DNA of 59,798 bases, filler included, from 5 parts of 5 records of this genome joined end to end with filler, not necessarily neighbours in it, one strand, 5' to 3'. Positions 20,122 to 31,883 are shown, counted from the whole stretch's first letter. The notes: generated by a model from the sequence alone, not told the origin. A program made the numbers and translations.

Positions 20122-21030
20122 ATGCGTGTTGTATTTATGGGAACGCCTGATTTTTCCGTGTCTGTCTTGGATGCGTTGATTGAAGCAGGGCATGATGTTG
20201 CAGCCGTATATTGCCAACCTCCGCGCCCTGCTGGGCGTGGAAAAAAGGATCGTCCCACGCCGGTCCATGCCCGTGCCGAGGCGCTGGGCTTGGAGGTTCG
20301 TCATCCGATTTCTCTTAAGGCAGCGGACGCACAGAAAGATTTTGCCGACCTGAACGCAGATGTTGCGGTGGTGGTGGCCTATGGGCTTTTGTTGCCGCAA
20401 GCGGTTCTTGATGCACCCAAGCTGGGATGCCTGAACATTCACGCCAGTCTGTTGCCGCGATGGCGGGGGGCGGCTCCGATTCATCGTGCGATCATGGCAG
20501 GGGATGCGGAAACAGGCATTTGCATCATGCAGATGGAGGCCGGATTGGATACAGGCCCCGTCTTGATGCGATCAACCCTTGCGATTCAGGACGAAGAAAC
20601 CACCGCCGAATTGCATGACCGATTGTCTGAAAATGGTGCGGCGCTGATTGTCAAAGCTTTGGCGGCGTTGCCGCAACTGACCCCTGAGGTGCAACCTGAC
20701 GAAGGCGTGACCTACGCCCATAAGATCGACAAGGCCGAAGCGTGTGTGGATTGGACACAGTCTGCAACTGACGTTGATCGTCAAATCCGTGGGTTGTCCC
20801 CGTTTCCGGGGGCATGGACGGAAGTCGAAGGACAGCGCGTAAAGCTGCTGGCCTCGCGGCTTGCTGCCGGTCAAGGTGAGCCGGGCGAGGTGTTGGACGA
20901 TGCCTTGGTGGTGGCGTGTGGCACAGGGGCGGTCGAGTTGTTGCGCTTGCAACGGGCGGGCAAAGGCGCGCAGGATAAAGAGACCTTTCAGAGGGGACGC
21001 CCGGTGCCCAAAGGGACGCACCTCGCGTAA
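20122..21030 (+). CDS. fmt: Methionyl-tRNA formyltransferase
   Basis: [28 protein letters not shown]. Confidence 0.97.
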   Translation: MRVVFMGTPDFSVSVLDALIEAGHDVAAVYCQPPRPAGRGKKDRPTPVHARAEALGLEVRHPISLKAADAQKDFADLNADVAVVVAYGLLLPQAVLDAPKLGCLNIHASLLPRWRGAAPIHRAIMAGDAETGICIMQMEAGLDTGPVLMRSTLAIQDEETTAELHDRLSENGAALIVKALAALPQLTPEVQPDEGVTYAHKIDKAEACVDWTQSATDVDRQIRGLSPFPGAWTEVEGQRVKLLASRLAAGQGEPGEVLDDALVVACGTGAVELLRLQRAGKGAQDKETFQRGRPVPKGTHLA

Positions 21031-21040
21031 GGAGACCGCT

Positions 21041-21277
21041 ATGTTCATGATCCTGATGGGAACTGTCGTGATCGCTGGGATCGTTGGCTATTTGTCTGAA
21101 AAGTCTGGGTTCACGCACAATGGCTATTTGCAGTCGATTATTATCTGCGTAGGCGGGGCGTTCCTGTTCTATTTTGTGCGTGTCATGTTCGGCATCGGGT
21201 TTAGTTCACCGGGCATGAATGCCATCGTGTCATCGATCGGGGCATTGGTCATCGTACCGTTTCACTGGCGACGCTGA
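21041..21277 (+). CDS. Small membrane protein (GlsB/YeaQ/YmgE-like)
   Basis: AAGGAG RBS, then a 78-aa three-TM ORF starting MFMILMGTVVIAGIVGYL. Confidence 0.7.
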   Translation: MFMILMGTVVIAGIVGYLSEKSGFTHNGYLQSIIICVGGAFLFYFVRVMFGIGFSSPGMNAIVSSIGALVIVPFHWRR

Positions 21278-21901
21278 TCATTGCCGGGGTGGGCGACCTT
21301 TGTAGACCGGAAGTTTCCAGCCAAACCAGAGAGATCCGGCACGTAAGCTCCAGCAGGCTAAAGCACCCAGTGCAAGCGCGGGAAGTTGCGGCAAGTCTTG
21401 TGTGACGGCCAGCACTGACACAGCAGCCCCTGCAAGGGCACAGGACACGTAGAGCTCCCCTTGCTTTAAGACCAATGGCACTTCGTTGCAGACGACATCT
21501 CGCATCAACCCGCCGAGGCACCCTGTACTCATCCCCATCAGGACAACGATAACAGGAGGCTGGCCCAAGGTCAGGGCCACGCCAGTCCCGGCGGCAACGG
21601 CAATCGCCAAAGCAAAACTGTCGAGCCAGACTAGGAGGTTGTAGCGGCTTTCGACCCTGTGGGCGGTGAAGAACACAAAAACAGCCGCCGCGGTCGCAAT
21701 CAGGATATAGTCAGGCTGCCCGACCCAAAAGATTGGATGTCGGTCCAAAAGCAAGTCGCGCACGGTGCCGCCACCAACGGCAGTCAGACAGGCGACAAAG
21801 GCAAAGCCAACCAGATCCAATTGGGCGCGGCTGGCGACAAGGGCCCCGGTCAGGGCAAAGACCAGAACCGATGTGTAATCCAGCAGCGCCAGCAGGCTCA
21901 T
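21278..21901 (-). CDS. Trimeric intracellular cation channel family protein (UPF0126)
   Basis: [17 protein letters not shown] and GGLMRDV repeats. Confidence 0.9.
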   Translation of the reverse strand: MSLLALLDYTSVLVFALTGALVASRAQLDLVGFAFVACLTAVGGGTVRDLLLDRHPIFWVGQPDYILIATAAAVFVFFTAHRVESRYNLLVWLDSFALAIAVAAGTGVALTLGQPPVIVVLMGMSTGCLGGLMRDVVCNEVPLVLKQGELYVSCALAGAAVSVLAVTQDLPQLPALALGALACWSLRAGSLWFGWKLPVYKGRPPRQ

Positions 21902-22006
21902 GCTTTGGTTTTCTTTGGTTTGAAGGGGGCCATGCCAGCGCGCGCCAATTCATCGGCGCGTTCGTTTTCGGGATGACCTGCGTGGCCTTTGACCCATTCC
22001 CATGTC
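21898..22006 (-). CDS. rnhA: Ribonuclease HI, C-terminal fragment (contig end)
   Basis: Minus strand reads [29 protein letters not shown]...*; absent from the ORF track. Confidence 0.92.
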
Positions 22007-22106
22007 NNNNNNNNNNNNNNNNNNNNNNNNNNNNNNNNNNNNNNNNNNNNTTAATTAATTAANNNNNNNNNNNNNNNNNNNNNNNNNNNNNNNNNNNNNN
22101 NNNNNN
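22007..22106. other. Artificial contig linker (N44-TTAATTAATTAA-N44)
   Basis: Stop-rich spacer flanked by Ns; identical at four places. Confidence 0.98.
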
Positions 22107-23198
22107 CGCCGCATCGACAACCAGCTGCGCGGCCGGACGGGCCGTCAGGGCGACCCCGGCAAATCCAAATTCTACATCTCCATCGAAGATGACCTGATGC
22201 GCATCTTCGCGGCCGAGCGCATGGACGCCGTGATGCGCCGCCTCGGCATCAAGGAAGACGAAGGCATCACCCATCCCTGGATGAACAAGGCGATGGAAAC
22301 CTCTCAGCGCAAGATCGAACAGCGCAATTTCGAAATCCGAAAGAACGTCCTCAAATATGACGACGTCATCAACGACCAGCGCAAGGCGATCTTCGAGCAG
22401 CGTATGGAATTCATGCGCGCCGAGGATGTTTCCGACGTCATTCTGGAAATGCGCGAGCATGTGATCGACGCAATCGTCTCCCGGACCATGCCGGAAAAAG
22501 CGTATGCGGAGCAGTGGGACGTTCAGGGCCTGCGCGAGGCCATGCGCAACGAATTTGCGATCGACCTGCCGGTCGACGAATGGGCCGCCGAGGAAGGCGT
22601 TGCCAACAAGGAGATCGCCCAGCGCATCCGCGATGCAGTAGAGCAGGTTTACCAGGCGATCACCACAGCCGTTGGCGCCGACCAGATGCACCGGATCGAA
22701 AAACAGATCCTGCTTCAGGTCCTCGACATGCGCTGGCGCGAGCACCTGCAGATGATCGACCAGCTGCGTTCGGTCATCCACCTGCGTTCCTATGGCCAGC
22801 GTGACCCGTTGAACGAGTTCAAGTCCGAAGCCTTCAACCTGTTCCACAATCTGCTGGAAGAGTTGCGCGCGACGGTCACGCGGTCACTGATGCATATCCG
22901 TGTACAGCAGGCTCAGCCAGAACAGGCACAACAGCGCCCTGCCCCGGCCCGGATGCCGCAAAGGCCTGCGCCCGCGCAGATGCCGGCACCGCAACCACCT
23001 CAGGCACATGAAACGCATCTCGACCCCGATACCGGCATCAACGAGATGGACCCGTCCGACACGTCCAAACCGCCCGGCCCGGAACTGCAGCAGGCAGAGG
23101 ATGACTGGTCTAACACGCCGCGCAACTCGCCGTGCCCGTGCGGCTCCGGCAAGAAATACAAACACTGCCACGGCGCTCTCAGCACCCAGCGGGTTTAA
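22107..23198 (+). CDS. secA: Preprotein translocase SecA, C-terminal part (5' truncated)
   Basis: RRIDNQLRGRTGRQGDPG, YGQRDPLNEFK, SEC-C motif RNSPCPCGSGKKYKHCH. Confidence 0.96.
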   Translation, partial: RRIDNQLRGRTGRQGDPGKSKFYISIEDDLMRIFAAERMDAVMRRLGIKEDEGITHPWMNKAMETSQRKIEQRNFEIRKNVLKYDDVINDQRKAIFEQRMEFMRAEDVSDVILEMREHVIDAIVSRTMPEKAYAEQWDVQGLREAMRNEFAIDLPVDEWAAEEGVANKEIAQRIRDAVEQVYQAITTAVGADQMHRIEKQILLQVLDMRWREHLQMIDQLRSVIHLRSYGQRDPLNEFKSEAFNLFHNLLEELRATVTRSLMHIRVQQAQPEQAQQRPAPARMPQRPAPAQMPAPQPPQAHETHLDPDTGINEMDPSDTSKPPGPELQQAEDDWSNTPRNSPCPCGSGKKYKHCHGALSTQRV

Positions 23199-23246
23199 TC
23201 TGGCCTGCCGCTTGACTTCGCGGGCAAGTCGGGGGAACGCCAGCAA

Positions 23247-24200
23247 ATGACGGCGATTTCCCTCCCTCCCGTGCGCGGCAAGATCATCGAGAATGCACCG
23301 CTGGCCCCCTACACCTGGTTCCGGGTGGGCGGACCGGCGGATGCCCTGTTCCTGCCAGCTGACGAGGAAGACCTTCAAGCCTTCCTCACCGCGCTCGACC
23401 CGGCCGTACCGGTCACCGTGCTCGGGGTCGGCTCGAACGTGATCGTCCGCGATGGCGGCATTCGGGGCGTCGTGATCCGCCTGATGGGCAAGTATTGGGG
23501 ACAGATCGAAGCGCAGGACGGAATTATAATGGAGGCCCGCGCCGGTGCGCTGGACCTGTCAGTCGCGAAGGCCGCCGCGCAAAATGGCATCCGCGGGCTG
23601 GAGTTCCTGTCCGGTATTCCAGGTTCCATCGGCGGGGCGACGCGCACGAATGCCGGTTGCTATGGCCGCGAGCTTCGCGACACGCTGGTGGCCCTGCATG
23701 GCTTCCGGCGCGACGGGTCGAAGGCGGCCTATCGCGGGCCGGGCAAGCCGGGCGCCCAGCCGGAAGCCCATTTCTCCTACCGGCACACAGACCTGCCGGA
23801 AGACCTGATCGTCACGCGCCTCATCCTGGAGGGCAACGATACCGACGCGCCAGAAAAGATCCTCGCTGACATCGAACAGCTGCAGGCGCGCCGGGCCGAA
23901 ACCCAGCCGATCAAGGAGAAGACGTCGGGGTCCACCTTCGCCAACCCGGACCCGCCGGGCACCCCGGACCAGCGTTCCGCATGGAAACTGATCGATGCGG
24001 CCGGCTGCCGGGGCCTGAAGGTCGGCGGGGCGCAGGTCTCGCCCAAGCACTGCAACTTCCTGATCAACACCGGCGATGCCACGGCAGCCGACCTCGAAGC
24101 ACTGGGCGAACTCGTCCGCCGCCGTGTTCTCGAAACGCAGGGCGTGGAACTGCGCTGGGAAGTGCGCCGTATCGGCCAGCTGGCGAGCGAGACCGTCTAG
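23247..24200 (+). CDS. murB: UDP-N-acetylenolpyruvoylglucosamine reductase
   Basis: [41 protein letters not shown]. Confidence 0.95.
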   Translation: MTAISLPPVRGKIIENAPLAPYTWFRVGGPADALFLPADEEDLQAFLTALDPAVPVTVLGVGSNVIVRDGGIRGVVIRLMGKYWGQIEAQDGIIMEARAGALDLSVAKAAAQNGIRGLEFLSGIPGSIGGATRTNAGCYGRELRDTLVALHGFRRDGSKAAYRGPGKPGAQPEAHFSYRHTDLPEDLIVTRLILEGNDTDAPEKILADIEQLQARRAETQPIKEKTSGSTFANPDPPGTPDQRSAWKLIDAAGCRGLKVGGAQVSPKHCNFLINTGDATAADLEALGELVRRRVLETQGVELRWEVRRIGQLASETV

Positions 24201-26263
24201 AGCGTTCCCCGCAATTCGAAAATGGCAATCGGCCCGAACCGGCGATTGCGGTCTTCGATCGATGCAACCGGGCCCAGACGGTTGGTCTCGTAAATCTCCC
24301 GCCGGAAATTGTCTTTCTGGTTCAGGAGATTTCCAACCGCAAACATGGCCGACAGGCCGAAAACGTCCTTGTGCTCCACGAAAGCGTAGGCATAGCCGGG
24401 TGTGGAGGCTTCCACGCCCCGCTCCCGAAGCTGGTAGTAGTGGTTGCGCTCGAACTTCTCCGCAAAGGCACCCCAGGCCCAGTCCGTTCCCGGAACATCC
24501 TGCCGGAACTCCATGTTCACATAGTAGAGCTGGCTGTCATTGATCCGGCGGACCTCTCCGGTCAACGGGTCGGTGACCTCTGAGTCATACACTTCGGCGA
24601 AGCTCGTTATCTCGCCGCCTGGAATACCCAGCCTGGACAGCTTGAGAGTTGTGTCGAGGGTCACGCCGACTTCCCAGGCAGAGTCGAGGTTTCCAGGCCC
24701 ATCCGCCACGCCAATGGGAACCCGGTCCACGATGTCCTCGATATCGGAATAGTATGTGTTCAGCGTCGCGGCACCCCATGCCCCGAAATCTTTTTCGGCC
24801 TGCAGGCTCCACTTCCACGCCTGCTGCGGCACGATTTCGGCATTGCCGGAATTACCATTGTCGGCATTGAGGTTCACCGAAGAAATGAAATCGAAGAAAT
24901 CGAGCTGACCCACTTCCCGGTCCAGCCGTGCTGTGAGTTTCAGCTTCGGATCCGCCTGCCATGAGAGGCTGACAAAGCCCTTGGGCCGGGTGAACTCACG
25001 CGCATTCTCATTGTCACCGGATTGAGTCAGTTCGGAATACTCCGCCCCCAGAGAAACCTGCAGGCGCAGTACGTCCGACAGGGCCTGGCCATGCGTGATC
25101 GCGGCTTCCCAGCGAGTTTCCTCGACACGGGAATTGGCCCCCGGCAGCGGAATGATTTCGAACGGATTGCCATCTTCCGCGACGCTCAGCCCGGCCTCGG
25201 CCTCGAGGAAATTGAAGGCATTCTCGACGGAGACCTGCCAGTCGCTTTCCGGTCCGCCCGCCCAGGCATATTCACCCCGACCGATATACTCGCCCTCGTC
25301 CACGGTCTGGCTGAACCGGGTTTCCGAGAAGCCGGACCCATCGACAGCGCCGATACGGACGGAATCGTTCACCGGACTGTTTTCGCGCCGGATGAGGCCG
25401 ATCGCCTTCAGACGGCCCGGCCCGAACCCGAATTCATAGTCGCCGCCGAACTCGGCATTCCACTCGTCTTCCCCCTTCAGAAACAAACGGCGGCCTTCCA
25501 GCCCGCCGACGGGGAAGGTCTTCGAGATCTCTTTCCGGTCGAACTGGTAGATTCCCACGCGGCCATTGAGGTTTGCGACCACACCGGTTGGCGGTGTCCA
25601 CGACAGAGATCCGGAGACGGCAGCATTGTCAGCGATGTTGGTCACGTCTTCCTTGCGGCGCTCCAGCAGCGTGCCGTCGGCTGACGTGATGGCTTCCCAC
25701 CCGGCATGAGCGCCGCGCTCTGGCAGGCTACTGGCCTCCATGCTCCAGTTCAGGCGTTCGTCGCCGCCTGACAGCGTCACCACGCCTTCATGGAAATACG
25801 GCGTCAGATTTTCGCGGAAGCGGGATTTCCAGCGCCATGTGCCGGACACGCCCCCTTCCCCGTCGGTCATGACATTCACGACCTGCCCGGACAGGCCCGG
25901 TATATCCAGCTTGGTGCCATCGACAACTTCAATCCGGACAACCCGCGTCGCGGAGATCCGCCCCAGCGCCGCTTCTGCTCCGTTCGATTTACCGGAGACC
26001 CTTTGGCCATTGATCAGCACATTGCCGGTGGCCTGGCCGAACCCGCGCGATCCATCGTCGTCACCCTGAATGGAGAAGCCGGGGATCCGGTTCACCATGT
26101 CCAGAGCCGTCTGCGGGTTGTATTGCGCGAAATCACCCGGCGCATAATCGCTCCGGGAAGAGACCGATACGTCAGCGGCAGGCTCTGCCATGGCTGGAAT
26201 TACGGTGAGACCGGCTGCCGTGAGGGCGGCAAAACTCGACAATAGGGTATGGCTGACAGCCAC
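24197..26263 (-). CDS. TonB-dependent receptor-like outer membrane protein
   Basis: Signal peptide, plug-like [25 protein letters not shown], alternating beta strands; stop overlaps the murB stop (CTAG). Confidence 0.85.
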   Translation of the reverse strand: MAVSHTLLSSFAALTAAGLTVIPAMAEPAADVSVSSRSDYAPGDFAQYNPQTALDMVNRIPGFSIQGDDDGSRGFGQATGNVLINGQRVSGKSNGAEAALGRISATRVVRIEVVDGTKLDIPGLSGQVVNVMTDGEGGVSGTWRWKSRFRENLTPYFHEGVVTLSGGDERLNWSMEASSLPERGAHAGWEAITSADGTLLERRKEDVTNIADNAAVSGSLSWTPPTGVVANLNGRVGIYQFDRKEISKTFPVGGLEGRRLFLKGEDEWNAEFGGDYEFGFGPGRLKAIGLIRRENSPVNDSVRIGAVDGSGFSETRFSQTVDEGEYIGRGEYAWAGGPESDWQVSVENAFNFLEAEAGLSVAEDGNPFEIIPLPGANSRVEETRWEAAITHGQALSDVLRLQVSLGAEYSELTQSGDNENAREFTRPKGFVSLSWQADPKLKLTARLDREVGQLDFFDFISSVNLNADNGNSGNAEIVPQQAWKWSLQAEKDFGAWGAATLNTYYSDIEDIVDRVPIGVADGPGNLDSAWEVGVTLDTTLKLSRLGIPGGEITSFAEVYDSEVTDPLTGEVRRINDSQLYYVNMEFRQDVPGTDWAWGAFAEKFERNHYYQLRERGVEASTPGYAYAFVEHKDVFGLSAMFAVGNLLNQKDNFRREIYETNRLGPVASIEDRNRRFGPIAIFELRGTL

Positions 26264-26342
26264 GGGGCGCCTCCTGTTTCCTCGCTTGGGTGAAGAGACA
26301 CCGGCGCCCCCGCCAGCAACTCATCTTCTTGTTATTCGATAA

Positions 26343-26360
26343 CGACTACTGTTGTAGTCG
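26343..26360. promoter_or_regulatory. Palindrome CGACTAC-TGTT-GTAGTCG, BlaI/MecI/CopY-like operator candidate
   Basis: Perfect 7-bp inverted repeat upstream of the TonB receptor gene. Confidence 0.5.
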
Positions 26361-26520
26361 AAAGCATGCAAGTGGTCCCCGTCATGACTTTTTCGTAATC
26401 CTCTCCGCCCCTGCCGCCGGTTCGCCTCGCTTAAGCCCCTATTCACCGGCACGAAGCAGAAAAGACGGTTGGAAGCAGGCGTGACTGATCAGGGCCCGCC
26501 CGACAGGAAGGACTTTCAGA

Positions 26521-27429
26521 ATGAAGCGCGTGGCAGTGATCTATGGCGGCTGGTCCTCCGAACGGGAGGTTTCGCTTTCCTCAGGCACGCAAATGCTGAA
26601 GGCCGCGCAGGCGGCAGGTTATGACGCAGTCGGTATCGATGTGGACCGTAACCTCGCCGCCCAACTAGCCGACGTGAAGCCGGATGTCGTGCTGAACGGC
26701 CTGCACGGGCCCTGGGGCGAAGATGGCTGTGTGCAAGGCCTTCTGGAGGTCATGGACCTGCCCTACTCCCATTCCGGCGTGCTCGCCTCCGCGCTGGCGA
26801 TGGACAAGCTGAAATCGAAAGCCGTTTACCGCGCCGCCGGCCTGCCGGTGGCAGAGGATCGCCAGGTGACGCGCGCCGAAGCGGCTGCGGCCCACCCGCT
26901 GGAACCGCCTTATGTGGTCAAACCGGTCAATGAAGGCTCCAGTTTTGGCGTCCTGATTGTGCGGAAAGGCGCGAATGGCCCGCCTCAGGAACTGCTCAGC
27001 GAGAGCTGGCATTATGGCGATTACCTCATGGCCGAGGAATTCATTCCGGGCCGCGAACTGACCGTTGCCGTACTGGGCGACCACCCCCTCGCCGTGACAG
27101 AGATCACGACCTTAAGGGACTATTACGATTTCGATGCAAAATATTCAGCTGGTGGATCACGTCATGTGATCCCGGCAGACGTGCCTGAGCACATTACCGC
27201 CATGGCGATGGATTTCGCCTTGCGGGCACATCAGGTCCTTGGCTGCCGGGGCGCGACGCGGTCCGACTTTCGCTACGACGACAAGAGAGACCGGCTCGTG
27301 ATCCTTGAGACCAATACCCAACCCGGCATGACGCCGACCTCACTTGTCCCTGAACAGGCCGCCTTCGTTGGTATGTCCTTCGAAGACCTGGTCGCATGGA
27401 TGATTGAGGACGCTTCATGCCGAAGATAA
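26521..27429 (+). CDS. ddl: D-alanine--D-alanine ligase
   Basis: [33 protein letters not shown]. Confidence 0.96.
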   Translation: MKRVAVIYGGWSSEREVSLSSGTQMLKAAQAAGYDAVGIDVDRNLAAQLADVKPDVVLNGLHGPWGEDGCVQGLLEVMDLPYSHSGVLASALAMDKLKSKAVYRAAGLPVAEDRQVTRAEAAAAHPLEPPYVVKPVNEGSSFGVLIVRKGANGPPQELLSESWHYGDYLMAEEFIPGRELTVAVLGDHPLAVTEITTLRDYYDFDAKYSAGGSRHVIPADVPEHITAMAMDFALRAHQVLGCRGATRSDFRYDDKRDRLVILETNTQPGMTPTSLVPEQAAFVGMSFEDLVAWMIEDASCRR

Positions 27430-28283
27430 GCCGCAACCAGCCCGCACCGAAACGCAGACGCGAACCGATCACCTTCGTCGACGAAGTGACCGGCGAGGAA
27501 GTACGCGTCTCGTCCGTCCTGTTCGGTTTCGTCATGCTGATCGCCATCATCGTGGCGCTGGCAGCCTGGATGGGCGGATCCATGTCACAGATCGAAAGCC
27601 GGTTTGCCGGCTTCATGGACGATACGGCCCGCATGGCGGGTGTCTCCGTTAACGAAGTCTCTGTCCTCGGCCTTGAGCAGGATCCCCGCCTGCAGCAGGA
27701 AATCCGCGCCGCCGCCATGATCGAGCCCGGCGAGAACATGTTCCGCGCCGATCCCTACATCATCCGTCGCCGTGTCGAGGGGACCCACAAGGTGCTGAAC
27801 GTGCGCGTGCACCGTCTCTGGCCGGACCAGGTCGTGATCATCGCGGACGCCGCCGAGCCGGTCGCCATCTGGCATGACGGCAAGGAATGGACCGTTGTGG
27901 ACGGCCTTGGCCGCGTCATTCCGGACGAGCGGGCCAGCGATCATCCGGATCTTGTCCGCGTGGCCGGGCGCGGCGCGCCGGAAGCCGCCCCTGCCCTCGT
28001 CATGGCACTCGCCGACGCCCCGGAAGTGACAGACGATCTCGCAATCGCCACGCGCATCAATGACCGCCGCTGGGACATGCGCCTCATATCCGGCGCTACG
28101 GTCCGCCTGCCGGAAGACATCGAGCTGACCGCCGCCCTTGGCCGCCTGACCGACCTGCAGGTGCGCACAGCCCTCATGCAGCGTCCGCTGAAGATGATCG
28201 ATCTGCGCAATGCCGGCCGCGTCTATCTCGGCCCGGTCAACCCGCCGAACTTCAAGGCGCGTGAAATCGCGGCGCGTTCCTGA
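27417..28283 (+). CDS. ftsQ: Cell division protein FtsQ
   Basis: Single TM, POTRA-like region (VRVHRLWPD), C-terminal IDLR motif; lies between ddl and ftsA. Confidence 0.9.
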   Translation: MPKISRNQPAPKRRREPITFVDEVTGEEVRVSSVLFGFVMLIAIIVALAAWMGGSMSQIESRFAGFMDDTARMAGVSVNEVSVLGLEQDPRLQQEIRAAAMIEPGENMFRADPYIIRRRVEGTHKVLNVRVHRLWPDQVVIIADAAEPVAIWHDGKEWTVVDGLGRVIPDERASDHPDLVRVAGRGAPEAAPALVMALADAPEVTDDLAIATRINDRRWDMRLISGATVRLPEDIELTAALGRLTDLQVRTALMQRPLKMIDLRNAGRVYLGPVNPPNFKAREIAARS

Positions 28284-29575
28284 TGGCCAATGTCCAGTCC
28301 CGCCGTGCCCCCCGTATGGGCCGTTCGAGCACCGGCACGGTAGCGGCGCTGGACATCGGCTGTTCGAAGATCACCTGCCTGATCGGCCGCAATGACGGCG
28401 CCGGCCCGCGCAGTTTCCGCATTCTCGGCGCCGGGCGCCAGCAGTCGCGCGGCTTCACCGGTGGGACGATCACCGACATGGAGGGCCTGGAACGCGCCAT
28501 CCGACTCGCCGTGGAAGATGCCGAGCGCGAAGCGGGTGAACAGATTTCCAATGTGATGCTTGGCATCACCGGCCAGAAACTGGCCTCTACACTGGTGACC
28601 GCCCGGATCGCGATTGACGGACGCGAGATCAACCAGAAAGACGTGCGCCGTATCCAAGCCCAGGCGCTGGCGAAGGTCCCGGCGCGCGGCGAAGAGACCC
28701 TCGCCGCCTGGCCGGTTGCCTATCGCGTCGATGAACAGGAAGGCGTACGTGAGCCGCAGGGCATGTATGCCAATGAGCTGAGCCTGCTGCTTTCGGTCGT
28801 CACCGCACCGAAATCGGTGGTGAAGAATCTGGTCGAATGTGTCGGCCGGGCGCATATCGGCGTCTCGGCGCTGATCCCCTCCTCCATCGCGAGCGGGGCA
28901 GGCACGCTGATCGACGACGAGATCGAGAATGGCGCCATCTGCATCGATATGGGGGCCGGTGTGACGGCGGTCTCGGTCTACCTGAACGGCTCCCCGGCTT
29001 GGCTGGGCCTTGTCCCGGCTGGCGGCGCGCATGTGACCTCAGACCTTGCCCAGGGCCTCGGAACGACGTTCGCGGCCGCCGAGCGCCTGAAAAGCGTCTA
29101 CGGCACGGCCAATCTCGAAGGGCCGGGCCTCGCTGAAAGAATTGAAGTCCCGCGGCTGGGCGATGACGGCCGGCTGCAGGCGACGCGCATGGAGCGCGGC
29201 CAGCTAGCCGCCATCATTGCTCCGCGCGTCGAAGAGACTTTCGAATTCGTTCGCAAGACGCTCGATTCCAGTGGTGTACGCAAAGTACTCCCCCACCGCG
29301 TCGTGCTGACAGGCGGTGCGTCGCAGTTACCGGGCGTGCGCGACGTCGCCACCCGGATCCTGCAGGCGCCAGTACGGCTTGGACGACCGACCATCGCCGA
29401 ATTTCTGGGCGAAACACTGGCAACACCAGCTTTCTCCACAGCCTCCGGTCTGCTACTGTATTCCGAGTTGGGGTTTGCGGACGCGGTAAGGGCAGCTGCT
29501 TCGCGCAAGGACGGACCAGAGTCGAGAAGCGGCGTGGTGAACAAGGTGTTCCATTGGCTCGAAGAAAATTTCTGA
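28283..29575 (+). CDS. ftsA: Cell division protein FtsA
   Basis: ALDIGCSKI, IDMGAGVT, VLTGGASQLPG, C-terminal amphipathic WLEENF. Confidence 0.95.
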   Translation: MANVQSRRAPRMGRSSTGTVAALDIGCSKITCLIGRNDGAGPRSFRILGAGRQQSRGFTGGTITDMEGLERAIRLAVEDAEREAGEQISNVMLGITGQKLASTLVTARIAIDGREINQKDVRRIQAQALAKVPARGEETLAAWPVAYRVDEQEGVREPQGMYANELSLLLSVVTAPKSVVKNLVECVGRAHIGVSALIPSSIASGAGTLIDDEIENGAICIDMGAGVTAVSVYLNGSPAWLGLVPAGGAHVTSDLAQGLGTTFAAAERLKSVYGTANLEGPGLAERIEVPRLGDDGRLQATRMERGQLAAIIAPRVEETFEFVRKTLDSSGVRKVLPHRVVLTGGASQLPGVRDVATRILQAPVRLGRPTIAEFLGETLATPAFSTASGLLLYSELGFADAVRAAASRKDGPESRSGVVNKVFHWLEENF

Positions 29576-29591
29576 GCCAATTTCACTCCAC

Positions 29592-29606
29592 TTAACTGCT
29601 TCTTAG
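29592..29606. promoter_or_regulatory. CtrA-like box upstream of ftsZ (TTAA-N7-TTAG); similar TTAA-N7-TTCA at 26431-26445 before ddl
   Basis: One mismatch to TTAA-N7-TTAA; CtrA control of ftsZ and ftsQA is established in Caulobacter. Confidence 0.45.
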
Positions 29607-29667
29607 CCGCATCACGCCATCTTGCCCCACGGCAGGGGTCCGCAAGTAGAGTGAAGTGAGGGATGCA

Positions 29668-30450
29668 ATGAATTATGAACTGAAGCCCAGGATCCTGGTC
29701 TTTGGCGTCGGCGGTGCCGGTGGCAACGCTGTCGACAACATGATCGAGGCCAACCTTCAGGGCGTCGAGTTCATTGCAGCCAACACCGATGCGCAGGCCC
29801 TTTCACGCTCCAAGGCCGAGAAGCAGATCCAGCTCGGCCCGGTCACGACCTCCGGCCTCGGCGCCGGCGCGCGTCCTGAAGTCGGCGAAAAGGCCGCCGA
29901 AGAATCCATCGACGAGATCAAAGGCCTCCTCGAAGGCGCCCACATGGTATTCATCGCGGCCGGCATGGGCGGCGGTACCGGCACCGGCGCAGCCCCGGTC
30001 ATCGCCCGCGCCGCGCGCGAGATGGACATCCTCACCGTCGCTGTCGTCACCAAGCCGTTCGGCTTCGAAGGCAATCGTCGCATGCATGTCGCCGAGAGCG
30101 GGCTGGACCTGATCCGCGGCCATGTCGACACGATGATCGTCGTTCCGAACCAGAACCTTTTCCGCATCGCCAACGACCGCACGACCTTCGCCGAAGCCTT
30201 CCGCATGGCCGACGACGTGCTGTATTCCGGCGTCCGCGGCATCACCGACCTGATGGTCATGCCCGGCCTGATCAATCTCGACTTCGCCGACGTCAGCGCC
30301 ATCATGCACGGCATGGGCACCGCCATGATGGGCATGGGCGAAGCCACCGGCGAGAACCGCGCCCTTGAAGCTGCCCGGCAGGCGATCGATAATCCGCTGC
30401 TGGACGATATCTCGATGAAGGGCGCCAAGGGTGTGCTCATCAACATCACC
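29668..30450 (+). CDS. ftsZ: Cell division protein FtsZ (3' truncated)
   Basis: [26 protein letters not shown]. Confidence 0.97.
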
Positions 30451-30550
30451 NNNNNNNNNNNNNNNNNNNNNNNNNNNNNNNNNNNNNNNNNNNNTTAATT
30501 AATTAANNNNNNNNNNNNNNNNNNNNNNNNNNNNNNNNNNNNNNNNNNNN
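30451..30550. other. Artificial contig linker
   Basis: N44-TTAATTAATTAA-N44. Confidence 0.98.
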
Positions 30551-31045
30551 CACCTTGCCCGCTGCCGTGATCTGACCGGTAAAGAAACGGCCAAAGTTGT
30601 TGCCCGCCTCGATCACCGCGCGATAACCCGCGATATTGGCCATGGAGGACAGCGCATCCATTTTCTGAGCGCGGGAAATACGCGGGATCATCTCCATCGC
30701 GATAACGGTTGCGCCCTTTTTGGCCGCCGCTTCCATGCCCGCCTCATTGCCCGCCGGGTTGAAGAAGGAAATCAGCGTCTGATCCGCCCGCAGGCGCTTC
30801 AGCTCGGCGTCATTTGGCGCCCGTACCTTGGCCACAACATCCGCCGCCTTCCAAAGCGCAGCGGCGGTTTTGACCACCTCCACGCCCGCAGCCTTATAGG
30901 ATGCATCATCAAAACCAGCTGCGGCACCCGCGCCCGTTTCAACCACACAATCATGCCCGAGTTTTTGCAACTGAAGGGCCGACTCCGGCGTCATTGCAAC
31001 GCGGGCTTCCCCTTCAAAAATCTCTTTTGGCGTTCCGATCTTCAA
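30551..31045 (-). CDS. pntA: NAD(P) transhydrogenase subunit alpha, N-terminal part (3' truncated)
   Basis: (TTG)KIGTPKEIFEGEARVAMTP, PRISRAQKMDALSSMANIAGYRAV, GQITAAGKV. Confidence 0.95.
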
Positions 31046-31326
31046 TTCAAAATCCCCCGCAAATGAGCCGCACCCCATTGGCGCAACTTTGTTGCGTATC
31101 CGATACCGCGCGGACCACAATTGTACAAGCGGCAGACCATGTTTCGGGACGTCAATCGCGGGAAATCCTTCCCAAAAATGCTGTTTCTTGGGTACAAAGT
31201 GTCGTGATTGGAACGATCCGGCCTTGGTGCGGCGTCTTGCACCCGTGAATCGCCCCGCCGCGCCACGTCGGCCAAAGCCATTGACGTTAGCTATGTGTTA
31301 ACCCTGCCCTGCGTAGCCTTGGCGTC

Positions 31327-31881
31327 ATGCAAAACTTGACCCCGCCCGCCTTTGGCCCATCGCGCGTTTTCTTCACCCTGCGTCTCGCGGATCCTGAGAG
31401 TGATCTGCTGATCCGCCGCATCGGTAAGCTGCGCAGCGCGATGCGCAGCACGCTGCGCCACCACAGGTTTCGCATCGATGCCATTGCTGTGCTGCCCGCA
31501 ACCATTCACATGATCTGGACATTACCGCCGGATGATACAGGTATCGCCAACCGCATTGGCATGTTCAAAGCGCGGTTTTCCAGGCATCTGCCGCCCGCGC
31601 CTTATCGCAGCCCATCACAAATCAAAAAGGGTGAAAAAGGCATCTGGCAACGCGGGTATTGGTGTCACGCCCTGCGCACTGCCTCCGATTATGCCCGCCA
31701 TCGCGGCCTGATTTATCACAGTGCCGTGCAGGCCGGTCTGTGCGATACCCCGCAAGACTGGCAGTATTCATCCATCCACCGCGATCTGGCGCGTGGCCAT
31801 CCCCCGCCCGAACCGCTAGGTCCAAAGGCGGCGGTTACACCCACTGCACCGCATCAGGAAATGTCGCGACTGGTTCTTTAG
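31327..31881 (+). mobile_element. REP-associated tyrosine transposase (RAYT/Y1) homolog with degenerate catalytic motifs
   Basis: FFT..L, VLPxxxHMIWTLP, IWQRGYW.H, DWQYSS; HUH reads TIH and YIxxNP reads LIYHSA. Confidence 0.85.
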
Positions 31882-31883
31882 GA

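Noticed and set aside
22051-22062. TTAATTAATTAA palindrome repeated four times (also 30495, 36687, 54267)
   Set aside because: Artificial stop-codon spacer inside N runs; not a biological repeat or CtrA site
22900-23100. Pro/Gln-rich quasi-repeats in secA (QRPAPARMP/QRPAPAQMP)
   Set aside because: Ordinary variable linker before the SEC-C motif
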